NCBI RefSeq assembly: GCF_004010195.1
Contig: NC_057718.1
Coordinates: 39,229,143-39,293,142, forward strand
Source: Chiloscyllium plagiosum
Lineage: Eukaryota
Direction: 5' to 3'
Length of the DNA: 64,000 bases
The notes under the pieces were generated by a model. That model ran no database searches, was not told the DNA's origin, and was given only the letters and a program-made list of their open reading frames with translations. Shown piece by piece: positions 1 through 13,337 of the stretch. How positions within the stretch are numbered: the first letter of the stretch is position 1; each line of letters begins with the position of its first letter. The position numbers were made by a program, and so were the translations under genes.

Positions 1-242
1 CCCATTCCACTACGTTCACCCCTGACTAACGTACCTAACACTACAGGCAATTTAGTATGGCCAATTCACCCACCATGCACATCTTTGGACTGTGGGAGGA
101 AACCGGAGCACCCGGAGGAAACCCACGCAGACACAGGGAGAACGTGCAAACTCCACACAGACAGTTGCCCGAGGCGTGAATTGAACTCGGGTCTCTGGCA
201 CGGTGAGGCAGCAGTGCTAACCACTGAGCCACCGTGCCGCCC
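1..242 (-). mobile_element. HE1-like V-SINE (tRNA-derived), cut by window edge
   Basis: Reverse complement begins GGGCGGCACGGTGGCTCAGTGGTTAGCACTGCTGCCTCAC (A box), has a GTTCAATTC B box, then the V-domain GTGTGGAGTTTGCACGTTCTCCC...TTCCTCCCACAGTCCAAAGA. Seven copies occur in the window. Confidence 0.88.
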
Positions 243-675
243 ATATTGTGTAAACAATTTGAAAATACAAGAAAAAAGCAGTAAGTGTTCATAAAGTGTC
301 TTAAGCACCAATGCCAGAGGATGAAACAAATCTGTGGGGCACTGGGAGTAAGTTTAAGAAGCAGGTCCACAAGAGCCATATTCACCCAGTGATATACTTA
401 CGGTCATGTCCCACTCATTTCTGCTTATTCTTACATCTGCTTTGGGTTTTTTTCCATGGTGACCAAGTCGGGTGCCTCTCTCAGCTAGGAGTCTATTTAT
501 TATACACAAATGGGTGTCCAGAGAAATATCTATTTCTCCAGTGTAATTCTGAAGTGACCATGACACAGCACACATTGTGCATGTTGTGCTCCTTGGCACC
601 AGGCACTGAGTGGACCAACCTGTAGTTCTTACAGCCAGCAAGGAATTTTAGAAAGATGTAACTTGCAAAGACAGC

Positions 676-1314
676 CATAGAGTCATAGTTATATCTAGCA
701 CAGAAACAGATCCTTCAGTCCAACTCGTCTATGCCAACCAGACATCCTAAATTAATCTAGTCTCATTTGCCAGCATTTGGCCCATATCCCTCTAAACCCT
801 TCCTCTTCATATACTCATCCAGATGTCTTTTAAATTTTGTAACTGTACCAGCCTCCTTCACTTCCTGTGGCAGCTCATACCATGTACACACCTCCCTCTG
901 TGTGAAAAAGTTACCTCTTGGTCCCTTTTATATCTTTCTCCTCTCACCCTTAAACTTATGCCCTCAAGTTTTGGATTCCCCCACTTCAGGGAAAAGACCT
1001 TGGCTATTCACCCTATCCAAGTTCCTCATGACTTTATAAATATCTATAAGGTCATCCCTCAGCTTCCGATGCTCTAGGGAAAATAGCCCCAGCCTCTCAC
1101 TATAGTTCAAGTCCTCCAACCTTGGCAACATCCTTGTAAATCTTTTCTAAGTCCTTTCAAGTTTCACAACATCCCTCCTTTAGAAGGGTGACCAGAATTG
1201 CATGCAGTATTCCAAAAGTAGCCTAACCAATGTCCTGTACAGCTGCAACATGACCTCCCAACTCCTATACTCAATGCACTGACCAATAAACACAAGCATA
1301 TCAAATGCCTTCTT
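676..1314 (-). mobile_element. CR1/HER1-like LINE 3' fragment
   Basis: (CATAGAGT)n tail at left. Degenerate ORF2 C-terminus, homologous to the copies at 30850, 40182 and 46661. Confidence 0.85.
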
Positions 1315-4300
1315 TAAAAATCAGATTCTGTTTTATGTTGGAACCATGAAAAATTCTTCCTCTCTCAACCAGCAACCTCGCTGTGGACATTGGTTCTGGG
1401 TCATCAAAATGGTTCACACCTCATGACAAGGTCATCAAGCAGGCTTCCTTGTACTGCCTGAAGTGCACTGAAACTCAAAATCACTCCCCTATGTGAAACT
1501 TAAAGCTTCTTAACATATTTTACAATTGCAAATGCAATGGTCAAGACCTGAAATGTAGAAGCTTTTTAGTGAAGCTAATTTCATCATTTTTTATTCACTT
1601 AGAGCTTGTTTCTTCAAACTCAAATGTTGGGAGCACCACAAATATAAAATAAAAGTCTCCTGTCCAGATGTCAACAAGCAGTCTCTTCGGAAAAGGAGAC
1701 AGTCGATTAGCCATTCCTTGTGAGTTTAACTAGCTGACTTCTTCCTAAGGTAGGAGTCAGGGCTTACAAAGAGCAGTACATCGAAACAACCTTCCAACAT
1801 AAATATTAATTATTTTATTATTGATCTTAATCACAGCATGGCTGGTGAACCTCAAAAAGTCGTTCTTCTTTTCCACTGCCTGTGGAAACATCATTGGCTA
1901 GCACATACCATCTACTTCTGGTGCACCTCTCAACCATCACTAAATTTAGCAGCTTGTCACCCCTTCTTCCCACCATTTTATAAACATCTTCATAAGAACA
2001 GCCTGTTTCTTCCCACACAACTGCCCAGCCTACTGTAATCTGGCACTGGCAGCATATTTTCAGTTAACTGAGGTTTTATTTATATATGGTGGGTGGACTT
2101 CCAATATTGACATTATCCCACCCTCTGTATTTAGGGGTGAGCTGAGGGATGGGTAGGTCAGTGGGGCTCTAGCTTCCTGGCATCTAACATGTGCCCACGT
2201 GCCAATAAACATACCTGGTGGGGGCAAGTGACAACCAGACCTTTCCCTCAAACCTAAATCTCAACTGCTTAGCCCAGGGCTCTGAGACATGATATGACTC
2301 TTTAAAAGCTTGTTTGTAACTCCCAATATTTTCAGATTCGATTGCATTAGAATGAAAAAAGAAGCCTAAAACTCAAATAAGGCCAAGAAAAGTAGGAGTC
2401 ATGTTTTACTGTGGAGACCAAAGGCTAAATAGTTTCCTGCTCTGTACAGTTTCAAATAACCTATTTAAATAAAAAACGTCATCATGGTCTAAATAAACTT
2501 GTTTGAGTGATATAGCCACACCATAGTTTTCAATTATATCGGTGATTCTAGGAATAGATTTTATGATTGCAACCATTATTGTTTCTAGCATAGCTGAGAT
2601 GATAAATTATTCAGAATACGTTATTTGTAAATTATTTTTAAAAATCAATAGCTGAAAAATTATTGTCTTAATTCCATACATCCTAATTAAATTTGAATTT
2701 ACTGACAAAATGGTAGCAAAAGAAGTTATTAAAAATGCAATCGGTCAGTTCACAGTTAGGTCTATTTTAATTTACATTTTTATATGAATTCAATACACCT
2801 TGTTTATTATATATGCAATTCTGCATTCAGCCAGAAATGCATGGCAATTTGCCAAACATTTGATTGAGAAATACCAATCTTTCTCTTTTCTATTTTGGAC
2901 AAAATGTTTCGGAAGGTTCTTCAGGTGGCAAATGGTTGCTAACTCTTGGTCCAGCCTTTGTCCTGTGTTTGTCATAATCTTTCTGCAATCTGCTTAAGCT
3001 TTCCTTTCCTTTTGGTGCCTTATGCACAGAATTCTTTTATTCACAATCATCTTTGTTCATATCCCTAGTATGGCACCCACTGATTCTTTAAGTCTAAAGG
3101 GTCAGACTTAGAAATTTGTGTATTGGCACAAAACCAATTTTGGCCCTCATCATCAAATCGGGTGCGACAAGACTATGCTTCCCTCTGTGAAAACCAAATC
3201 TTACTCTGGGATGATTCTCGTCCCCAAAATTTCTCCACTTATTTTCTACCTCATCTTTTTACACCACTGTCTACCATTTACTTCAAGAGCCAACACAAAG
3301 AGTTCATGGATTTTTATATTAAAGGTTGGAGCAGTGACGTCTACCACTGTCAGTCAGTAGAGATGGAACTATAGAATCTGATCCCATGATGCTCTGAAAG
3401 CAGGCTGTACAGAAGTGCAGCTAGAGGTGTGGGTATTTCTGGATAAATGAAGTGCCTTCCAAAAATTTGTCAATCACTTGTAAATCAGTGATAGCACTCC
3501 TTACAGTACAGCAGCCACTGTCTAAACACCCATGGCTGGTTCTCTTTGGTGTACCTGATCAAGACCTTCCCAGCTCGTCAGTTTTGCTGGAAGTCCTTCC
3601 CAGTATGCATTTGTCTTCACCAACCAATTGGTTTGGAGTCAGGGCATGAAACTCCTCCACTATTGGGAAAGAGAGAATCTATATGCAAACCCCCTCTTAA
3701 TTAAACATTTCAAATGCCTTCCAGTTTCAGCCATGGGGATTTCCAACTTCAGTACTTACTTTCCCTCGGAAAGAAAAGACAGCAATGCTTTGGGATACCA
3801 GCCCAATATTGTTTTGCATACCTGTCCTTCCCTGTTCCTGAACCTGCCCCTCCCAATCTGAAAAGTATTGCATCCTAACCTTCCAGCTGTCTCTCCTGCT
3901 TCTTTTCCACAAACCCAAACACGTCTGAATCAACATTTTTGACAAATTAATCTCACCTATCTCTTATTCTCTCCAAGTTCATGAGACATCCCCTCTAGCT
4001 CCTTGTTCCCATTGCCACAAATCTGATTATTCAATTTCCCTTCCTGACTCCGACATTAGAAAGTCTTCCCTTTCCTTTGGTACAAAATATCCTTCATCTA
4101 ATAAATCATCATCATTACTCCATCCCAAAAAACTGAACCTCAAAAGCCCTATCTGTCCTGATTAAAAATTCTTTATATTGGCTATCCTTCCCTGCAAAAG
4201 AACTTAGTCAAAAACACAAGTGGCATGCTCAGCGACCGCAACAGTCGGTTGTGATTTCAACACAGTTGGCCACACAATCCTCCTCCACTACTGTTCCTCC

Positions 4301-4559
4301 ATCTAGATGATACTGCCCTCGCTCAGTCTTTCCCTTACATAACCAATCATAATCAAATCACTGCAGCAGTGAACTCTTTTCCCAGATCAGCATCAATGGC
4401 TCTGTAGAACCAATCTGTAGAATTATTGCATGGTCACCTTCTCCTTTTCATTAGCATGCCGTTGCTTTGGTGACATTACCAGCAAGGATGGAATTCAGTT
4501 ACCACGGGTACACTGATTAATCCACCTCTACCTTACCACCATCTCCCTTAAACCCTTCA

Positions 4560-5050
4560 ATATCACTTGAGTGTCAGGCTACTTGACTTTAATGAGTCAC
4601 AAATTTCTCCAGTCAAATAATGAGAATCCAAATCTAATGCCTTTAACCATTAACACAAACTCCATATTTTCACTGTTGATTCTACCCTTCCCGTTTCCCT
4701 CTGGCTCAGGCTTACCCAGCTTGTTTATATTATCCAAAATTCTGTGACCTGCATCACATTCCACATAAATTTCACTCATTTATGACCCATGTCCTCATTG
4801 GACTGCATTGGTTCCACTGCAATCTGTCAAATTCAAAATTCTCATCCTTGTGCTTAACTTCCTTCATGGCCTTGCCATTTCCAATCCTTGCAACTTTAAT
4901 CCCCACAAGTTAAATTCTCTGGTCATTTGCATGGAGATCCCAGTGCATCCCCATTCTTTTTTCCTTAACATTGCTGTCGTGACTTCAACCATATTGTCTG
5001 AAATTACTTCCTTTCACTGTTTCACCTTCCTCTCCTTAAAATCTACTTCT
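4560..5050 (+). mobile_element. Old L2-clade LINE 3' fragment
   Basis: ctgcattgg (LHW) followed by FKILILVLNFLHGLA, resembling the L2 ORF2 C-terminal motif FKILLLxxKxLHGLAP. Heavily decayed. Confidence 0.55.
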
Positions 5051-5157
5051 GTGGCCACTGTATTTCTAAACACTTCTGTGTCTCAGCATCCATTTTTCTC
5101 CATGTATGCTTCAGAAATGTTCAATTAGTGTTTATCTACTTGGATGAGTATATATTA

Positions 5158-5505
5158 TAGTAGCACAATGGTAATGAATTAGTATCTGAGAAGCCTGAAC
5201 TAATGATTCAAAATTCTGTTTAAATCCCACCACAGCAGCTGGGAAATTTAAAATTTAGTAAATTAAATAAATGTGGAATGACTTTTTAAAAAGTTGCAAT
5301 GATATTGCAAGGAGTGACCAAATTATCCTAAACAAAATCCCCAGTCATCTTTAGGGAAGGAAATCTGCTACCCCTTTGTGATTTGGCCCAAATATGACTC
5401 TAGACCCACCACAATGTAGTTGATTCTTAATTTCCTTTGAAACCACCCAGCAGGCTATTCAGTGAGCAAAACTGGGCAGTACATCCATGACTGAATAATT
5501 TTTAA
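5158..5505 (+). mobile_element. Second tRNA-derived SINE family, decayed
   Basis: aaatcccaccacagcag...ctttagggaaggaaatctgc...atatgactctagacccac is homologous to the minus-strand copies at 26365, 36420 and 54695. Confidence 0.6.
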
Positions 5506-5855
5506 AAAGCTGTTACTTTACTTGACCTAATTTTCATGTGATTTCAGATTGCCTAACAAAATAGTTCTCTGACATAGTTCTCACCATAAAGTTGTAAAGT
5601 CAAAGCCAAGTCATAACAGCATCCAGCTAAATGAATGGTTGTTCTGCATTTGACATAATAAGACCACCTCCTCCATACAACCATTTTGGGAAGGGGCAAT
5701 AGTCAGTGTTAGTTTGAGTAAATCATCTCTGTGTCTCTTCCTATTTTCAGTACAACTCTTCAATTACTTCTATTTTGTCAAATTTATAACGCAGCCTTAA
5801 GAAACCTGAACAGATGTCAACCTTTATGAACTTCGTCTATAAAGTATAAAAGCAA

Positions 5856-5925
5856 GCTGATGAATTACTGCTCCTCAGATGCTGCCTGAACTGCTGTGCT
5901 TTTCCAGTACCACTCTAATCTAGAG
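5856..5925 (+). mobile_element. Short Penelope pLTR-like fragment (family A)
   Basis: ctgctcctcagatgctgcctgaactgctgtgcttttccagtaccac matches the right arm of the 13029 element. Confidence 0.6.
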
Positions 5926-6549
5926 ACTGAAGAATATTGTTGCCTTTAGTGCCTTATCAAACATTATAACTGAATATCATTTGCAGTATTGGCAATACCA
6001 ATTTTGATTTTTGTCTCACATGGTTTGGGAATGCTGTGCACAGATGAGAAATGTTACATATTTAATTAATTTGGTGTCTAACTGGTCAACTCAACTAAAT
6101 AAAGTCTATTCTTGTACACCATTCAGTTATGCTGTTATTCAATAAACACCACATACACTGGCTGCTTATATTGGATGATTCCAAACAAGGAACATTTTCT
6201 CTATATTTTAGTTAGTCAAACAGCATTGAGCTCACACGGCAGACTCACTGTTTAGATTTACGTAATCAATGTGAGGCAATGCTATTACATTAAGAAGCAA
6301 GTGAAATGCAAACTGTAATAACTCCTTAGGATTAATATCAGTTATTTTAGCTCCAAGAATTTAACAGTTTGAGGGAGCTGTGAGGTTGTCAAAGAGATGC
6401 TAAGTAAGTACAGCTTTTGAACTTTCGCGCCTCAGATGCTTTTTAAATAGCTATTGAAGTTAAAATCCTAACTTAATATTATATGGTCTAAAATATTGAA
6501 TGAGCACAACCAAATGGGACTTCTCACAGAATAAATGCAAATTGTTGCA

Positions 6550-7370
6550 AAGAACATACACCAAAAGGCAATGAGTCCCGACAGCATTCCTGCAGTAATT
6601 GTGAAGACTTGGGAAGAATATTTGAAGAAACCATTTGCATCCCTAGTCAGCACTGGCAGTATGTTCTTTCCACAAAAATCAGGACAAATACAAACTAGCC
6701 AATTACTGCCCCATCAGTCTACTCTTGATCATCAGCAAAGAGAGAGAAGTTTTTGTTGACAGTGCTGTCCAACAGCACTTACAATGGCCTGCTCACTGAT
6801 GTTCAAACTGAGTTCAACCAGAGCTACTCAGCTCCTGACCTCATCACTCTCTTAGTCCAAACATAGAAAAAAGATTGAACTCAAAGAGTCATGTGAGAGT
6901 GACTGTCCTTGACATCAAGGGAGCATCTGACTGGGTGTAGCACCAAGGAGCTCTAGCAAAACAGGCATCATGAGAAAAGCTCTCCACTGGTCATGCTTAA
7001 CACAAAGAAAGATGACTGACGTTGTTGGAGGTCAATCATCTCTCCCTTTACTGCAGGAGTTCCTCAGGGTGAGTGTCCTTGACCCAATCATCTGCTTCCT
7101 CACTAACCTTCATCATAAGACCAGAAGAAAAACAATTCAAACACCTTGTTCAGTAATGTTTGTGAATTCTCGGATACTAAAGCAGTTCATGTCCATATGC
7201 AGCAAGACCTGAAAACTTTTAGGCTTGGGTTGCTAAGAGGGAAATAACAATCCACTGCATTGTGCCCAGCAATGATTACCTCCAGCAAGAAAGAATTACA
7301 CCATCTCCCATGATATTCAATGATATTACCATTGGTAAGTATTCCAACTTTAACATCCTGAGGCTAGACA
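6550..7370 (+). mobile_element. Old non-LTR (CR1/L2-group) reverse transcriptase fragment
   Basis: KAMSPDSIPAVIVKT, then gccaattactgccccatcagtctactc (ANYxPISLL) and cttgacatcaagggagcatctgac (LDIKGAxD) RT motifs, with frameshifts. Confidence 0.7.
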
Positions 7371-8234
7371 CTTAATGCTCCAACAGTCCAGCATATTAGT
7401 GTACCAACACGCCAAATCATGAACAAAGCATGTGTGACATTTTAGTTTGGTCATCAGGGAGCAATGCCAACAGCTTCCTCAAATAAAGCAAGTAAAATAG
7501 ATCAGAAGTAAGCAAGCCTGATTGCTCTCATGCTACTCCCAGTGGCCTGCCACACAGTGGCAAAAACAACACTAAGGCTGGAGGTTGTCTGCTTGTTTTT
7601 CAATTGGACAATATTGGAATCTGATAAGATAGAAAAATAATCTAAAAAGGAAAAGGCTAATGGGATAAATAAAGGAAAATAAGCATATAAGTATCTATGT
7701 TTTCAAATTGCAGAAAGTTTGCAGAATATTAACTAAAACATAGTACCTCAATACAGTTTCATAAGTAAAATACTAATTTATTAAAAATAGCAATCCTTCT
7801 TTTACAATTAATTTATTTCAATGAAACAGCCCTCTGGGGATGTGCATCTCAGGCATTACCAACAAATTTATGTACCAATGGTGCATGAACAAAAATGAAT
7901 TCAAATAATGTAGCTGTGTAATTAAATGCAGACAACATGGGTATTGGATACAGTGCTATATGTACATTTTTGTGGAGGATAAGGATTATAGTAGCTGTCT
8001 CAAGGATTTTCATTAATGCTGTACAGGTATTATATCAAAAAGTAATCCTACTTTAAAGCAATGTTTCTTGTGCTATTATGTGAAAAATATAATTTAAAAA
8101 TTGCTTTATTCTAATCCAAAATCAAAGAAGAAAAATATAATCTTGACAAGTCATTACAAATTACATTAGTCTGACTAAAAATAAACCATGTAGATCGTTT
8201 CCATAGATTCTGACAATTAACATCATTCCAACCT

Positions 8235-9241
8235 TAGAACATAGAACACAGAACAATACAGTGCAGAACAGGCCCTTCGGCCCTCGATGTTGCGCCAACC
8301 TGTGAACTATTCTCAGCTTGTCCCCCTACACTATCCCAAAATCATCCATGTGCTTATCTAAGGATTGTTTAAATCTCCCTAATGTGGCTGAGTTGACTAC
8401 ATTAGCAGGTAGGGCATTCCATGCCCTTACCACTCTCTGTCTTTAGAACCTGCCTCTGACATCTGTCTTAAATCTATCACCCCTCAATTTATAGTTATGC
8501 CCCCTTGTACACACTGACGTCATCATCCTAGGAAAAAGACTTTCGCTGTCTACCCTATCTAATCTTCTGATCATCTTGTATGTCTCTATCAAATCCCCTC
8601 TTAGCCTTCTTCGTGCCAATGAGAACAGGTTCAAGTCTCTCAGCCTTTCCTCATAAGACCTTCTCTCCAGACCAGGCAATATCCTGGTAAATCTCCTCTG
8701 CACCTTTTCCAATGCTTCCACATCCTTCCTGAAATATGGGGACCAGAACTGTACACAATATTCCAAGTGTGGCCGCACCAGCATTTTGTATAGTTGCAGC
8801 ATGATATTGCGGCTCTGGAATTCAATTCCTTTATGAATGAAACCTAACACATCGTATGCTTTCTTCACAGCACTATCCACCTGGGTGGGCAACTTTCAGG
8901 GATCTATGTACATGGACGCCAAGATCCCTCTGTACATTCACACTACCAAGAATATTTCCATTGAACCAGTACTCTGCCTTCCTGTTATTTTTCCCAAAGT
9001 GCATCACCTCACATTTAGCTGCATTGAATTCCATCTGCCACCTCTCAGCCCAATTCTGCAGTTTATCCAAGTCCCCCTGCAACCTGTAACATTCTTCCAC
9101 ATTGTCCACTACTCCACCGACTTTAGTGTCGTCTGCAAATTTACTAATCCATCCACCTATGCCTGCATTTAAGCCATTTATAAAAATGTCAAACAGCAGT
9201 GGTCCCAAAACAGACCCTTGTGGCACACCACTAGTAACTGG
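8235..9241 (-). mobile_element. Young CR1 LINE 3' fragment (TAGAACA-tail subfamily)
   Basis: ORFs 8873-9226 (PQGSVLGP...KFADDTK) and 8443-8892 (LVRPHLEYCVQFWSP) join across a single frameshift. (tagaaca)n tail. Confidence 0.92.
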
Positions 9242-10409
9242 GAAAGAATGTTCTTAGTTGCTGCACCATCAAGCTTCTGTTTTCAAGATCCCAATATAGC
9301 TCTTTAATCTTCATTTCATACATTCTTTTAAGATCACAAAATTGTTGAAATCATTACCATCTTTAGTCTTACATTTCTTCTAGTCTTCGGACCTTTGAAA
9401 CCCAAGTTTGATGTCATCTAATCACTACTTTTTGTTTGAATTCCCTAACTATTTCAGCTTTTCAATATCCTCCACAAAAAAATCTAGGCTTCTACAATAC
9501 AAAGTGATTTCCAACAGTAATAAAACTGAGGCAAATATAGCACAATCTCTTTATTCAGCTCCCACTTGACAGTGAAAACGTGGTGAACTTTTTGTATCCA
9601 CTATTATAGTGAATTTAAACAGAAAAAATATACAACTAAACAACACCTAATAAGCTTCAACAACTATCGGGTGGGAACATATCTGGAGGAAACAACTAAT
9701 AGTCCCTTCACTTTTTTTTTCTCTTCTCTCACAATGTCACATCTCTAGTTGTATTCCCACAATTCTGAGCAGCCCAGTCTCACATAAAAGGTGATGGCTT
9801 TCTTTATTCCGTGGGATACAATCAATGACCGATTGCTTCCAATAGAGATCCACCCTTGGAGGGATTGTAGTTTAGAAGTAGGACTACAGTACATTGATCT
9901 ATTTTTTTTAATTACAAGGAACTAGGACAAACCAGCCAAGTACAGTGAAGGCCTAATTGGAGATTTTCAAAAAATTGACCTCTCAATCTGTACTCATGAA
10001 GGGGAAGTGAAAAAGAAAGATTGGCCATTGTGTCCATGTTCTTTGGATGTCAATCAACATTTCAAAATTATCTGAGAGCTTAAGCAGCGGATCAGTAACA
10101 ATTTTCACAGTTTATTTACCTTTATCAAATATACTTTGGTCAGTTATCTCCAAATTTCAAAGTGTCACAATCAACACAAAAGTTACACGGTCTGGATGCA
10201 AAAGGGAGATATAATGTTTTTTTTAATGTAGTTTTAATGCTTGCAGAGCTGAGAATATAGTTATTCCTCTGTATCCATGAGGGTTCTGTTCCTGAGGAAG
10301 CTCATGAATTTCATTATTCGCAGCAAGATCCAAGAACAGCAAATGACCAGATATACTATTTTGCCATTTTGATTGAAGAGAATGCATTTATTCAAAACAG
10401 TCATAGTGT

Positions 10410-11117
10410 TGTGAAGATGTGAGTGTACTGTACCTTTAAGAGAGTTAAAAGCTGGTAGAGCTACCTGACAGCACCAAGTGTTCTCAATAAGGTAACAATT
10501 AACATTTGGTCCAAACCTAAATTAGCTGGTTGCCAGGAGACGACAAAACAGATTTGAATTAGGCCAATCAGTTGAAACTAAACCCCCTAAAAAAAAACAA
10601 ATTCCAATCAAGTTTGAAGTGAGTATATTGACAATCTTAAAAGCCAATGACACAATCCGATGTTTTGGGCATATAAGACCGAGGAAAATTGAACAGCTCA
10701 GAGAAGAATTGCCCACCTACCAGTGTGTTTAAAAAAAAGCTTACCTGAAAAGTCACTCTCTTAAAAGGTACCTTTATTGGCCAGTAACCTGTGAAGCAGA
10801 AATCCCTAAGCAGAAGATTGGAGTTCAGAGAAAATGAAAGTTGCCTGGTTTTGAGATAAGAAATTTTGTTTTGTAAATTGTATTCAGGAGTTTTATTGGG
10901 CTAGTATTATAGAAGGGAAGGTAAAAGATAGGTTAGAGAAAGGAATTTTAAATAGTTGTTAGTTTAATTATTCTCTCTTATACTTTAAGAAATAATGTTG
11001 TTAATTTTTACTTCAACTAGTTCTTGGCCTATTGAATTTTCACCAATTACTGCATGGGATAAATCTTTTCTGTGTTGCTGATTTTAAATTAAGCTGGAAA
11101 GTTTACTCCATGTCATA
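10410..11117 (+). mobile_element. Probable solo LTR (Gypsy-like)
   Basis: Starts TGTGAAG, has a TATA-like catataag near 10670 and a T-rich 3' part. Ends ...catgtcataa, abutting a CR1 where the terminal CA is expected. No internal region. Confidence 0.45.
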
Positions 11118-11840
11118 AATTTAATGGTAGGGTCCTAGGGAGTGTTGCTGAACAAAGAGATCTTGGAGTGCAGGTTCATAGCTCCTTGAAAGTGGATTCG
11201 CAGGTAGATAGAGTAGTGAAGAAGGCGTTTGGTATGCTTTCTTTTACTGGTCAGTGTTGAGTACAGGAGTTGGGACGTCATGTTGCGGCTGTACAGGACA
11301 TTGGTGAGGCCGCTGTTGGAATATTGCGTGCAATTCTGGTCTTCTTCCTATCGGAAAGATGTTGTGAAACTTGAAAGGGTTCAGAAAATATTTACAAGGA
11401 TGTTGCCAGGGTTGTAGGATTTGAGCTATAGAGAGAGGCTGAACAGGCTGGGGCTGTTTTCCCTGGAGCTTTGGAGGCTGAGGGGTGGGTTGGACCTTAT
11501 AGAGGTTTACAAAATTGAGGCATGGATAGGATGAATAGACAAAGTCTTTTTTTCCCTGGGGTGGGGGATCCCAGAACTAGAGGGCATTGGTTTAAGGTGA
11601 CAGGAGAAAGATATAAAAGAGACCTAAGGAGCAACTTTTTCATAGAGGGTGGTACGTGTATAGAATAAGCTGCCAGAGGAAGTGATGGAGGCTGGTACAA
11701 TTGCAACATTTGAGGCATTTGGTAGGGTTTGGAGGGATATGGGCCGAGTGCTGGCAGGTGGGACTAGATTGGATTGGGATATCTGGTTCGCATGGGTGGG
11801 TTGGACCGAAGGATCTGTTTCCATGCTGTACATCTCTTAT
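11118..11840 (+). mobile_element. CR1/HER1-like LINE 3' fragment
   Basis: YRTLVRPLLEYCVQFWS...ERVQKIFTRMLPGL, and 3' end gaccgaaggatctgtttccatgctgta. Confidence 0.9.
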
Positions 11841-11842
11841 AA

Positions 11843-12305
11843 GTGTCAGAGAGATCTACAGCATAGAAACAGGCCCGTTGGTAATCCTGTCCATGGTGAT
11901 CAAAAACAACCAGCTAACTGTTCCATTTTCCAGTACTTGGCCTATAGCCTTGCATACCTTGGTATCACAAATACACATCTGAATATGTCTTAAATGTTAT
12001 GAGGTTTCTGCCTCTATGACCCTTACAGGCAATGAGTTGCAGATTCCCACCATCCACTGGATGGAAAAGGTTTTCCTTCCATCTCCTCTAAACCTCTGTC
12101 CCCTTACCTTTAAATCTATACCTCTGGTCACTGGGGAAAAGTTTCTTCCTGTCTACCCTGACCATGTCCCTCAATTTTAAATATCTCCATCATGCCCTCT
12201 CTCAATCTCCTCTGTTTTATGGAAAACAATCCAATCTCTCCATGAGTGAAACTCTCCAGCTCATTAAACATCCTGGTAAATTTCCTGTGCACCCTCTCCA
12301 GTGCA
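11843..12305 (-). mobile_element. Older CR1 3' fragment, tail-to-tail with the previous element
   Basis: agagatctacagcatagaaacaggccc tail and decayed ORF2 end. Confidence 0.7.
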
Positions 12306-12374
12306 AACTCATCTTTTATAATGTGAATGCCATGGGATCAAACATGAGGGGCAGACAGGACTGAAAATTGGCAG

Positions 12375-12530
12375 TTCATCCAACAGATGGCAGCCCACCT
12401 GTGTAGTATATCCTCAATATTGAACTGGAGTCGATCTGGATTCGGTGTTCAGATCACTGGAGTGGAACTCTGAATCCATAACCCATTCTCACAAGGTGAG
12501 ACTGGAGTGAGTAAGCTCCAGCTAAAACGG
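12375..12530 (-). mobile_element. Deu-SINE-like head fragment
   Basis: Decayed similarity (catccaacagatggca...ctggagtggaactctgaatccataacc) to the other Deu-type SINE copies. Confidence 0.35.
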
Positions 12531-13028
12531 AGTCTGACCAGTACTGTCAATTGGACAATTTACCCTACATTTTGAAACTTGTATCAAACTTGACTTATAT
12601 CTATTTTCAATCTGATAATTTGAGTATTTTGTGACTTGTATCAATTATCCAAAATATATTTTTAATTTTTTAGATTATTGAAGATTATTGGTGAAATATT
12701 CTGAACCATTAGAGATCAGCGGGAAAGACCAGCTTAAAAAAAGTTGGAAATGAACATGCTGGTCATACTGGAGCATTGTTGTGAGGTATACAAAACCAGT
12801 CAGACCAGGATGTCTCATTCACAGGTTTGACTGTATCTCTGGTTTTGCCATTTTATGGCATTAAATTTGCTTTTCAATCTTAGGCTAGGGCTGCAATAAA
12901 GGGCAGGGGGTGGGACTGCTCACCTCTCCACCCTGATTTACAAAGTCAGTTGCAAACTGGTCTGCATGAACAAGGTTACTATGGGATTTCTGCCCATCAG
13001 TGGGAGGAAGTCCTATCCTTCAGAGCTG

Positions 13029-13256
13029 GAGAAAGTGAGGACTGCAGATGCTGGAGATCAGAGCTGAAAATGTGTTGCTGGAAAAGCGCAGCAGGTCAGG
13101 CAGCATCCAAGGAGCAGGAGAATCGATGTTTCGGGCATGAGCCCTTCAGGAATCGAGGAGCCATTCCTGAAGAAGGGCTCATGCCTGAAACGTCGATTCT
13201 CCTGCTCCTTGGATGCTGCCTGACCTGCTGCGCTTTTCCAGCAACACATTTTCAGC
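13029..13256. mobile_element. Palindromic Penelope pLTR-type insertion (family A) with hammerhead motif
   Basis: Arms 13061-13153 and 13163-13258 are inverted repeats differing by 2 CpG-type transitions and one 3-nt indel. Flanked by a perfect 18-bp direct repeat TCCTATCCTTCAGAGCTG at 13011-13028 and 13257-13274. Confidence 0.85.
13163..13198 (+). ncRNA. Minimal type I hammerhead ribozyme motif (Penelope-type)
   Basis: ATTC-CTGAAGA-A-GGGC(TCAT)GCCT-GAAA-CG-TC-GATT: CUGANGA and GAAA cores, helix II, palindromic ACGT helix III and a GUC site. Helix I is imperfect. Confidence 0.6.
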
Positions 13257-13337
13257 TCCTATCCTTCAGAGCTGCCAGCCAAACCTGATTGCAATGGAGT
13301 GCATGTCAAGCACCCTCTAAAAATAGTACCTGTCCTT

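Noticed and set aside
41..385. Recurrent ORFs such as MGGTVAQWLALL / CGRKPEHPEETH (also at 23206, 39179, 50175, 55349)
   Set aside because: Translations of the HE1 SINE, not genes.
3650..4400. Possible very old retroelement ORF
   Set aside because: Only vague compositional resemblance; no motif I can support.
12950..13288. Similar MCCWKSAAGQAAS... ORFs on both strands (also 22407-22696)
   Set aside because: Artefact of the palindromic repeat; no evidence of a protein.
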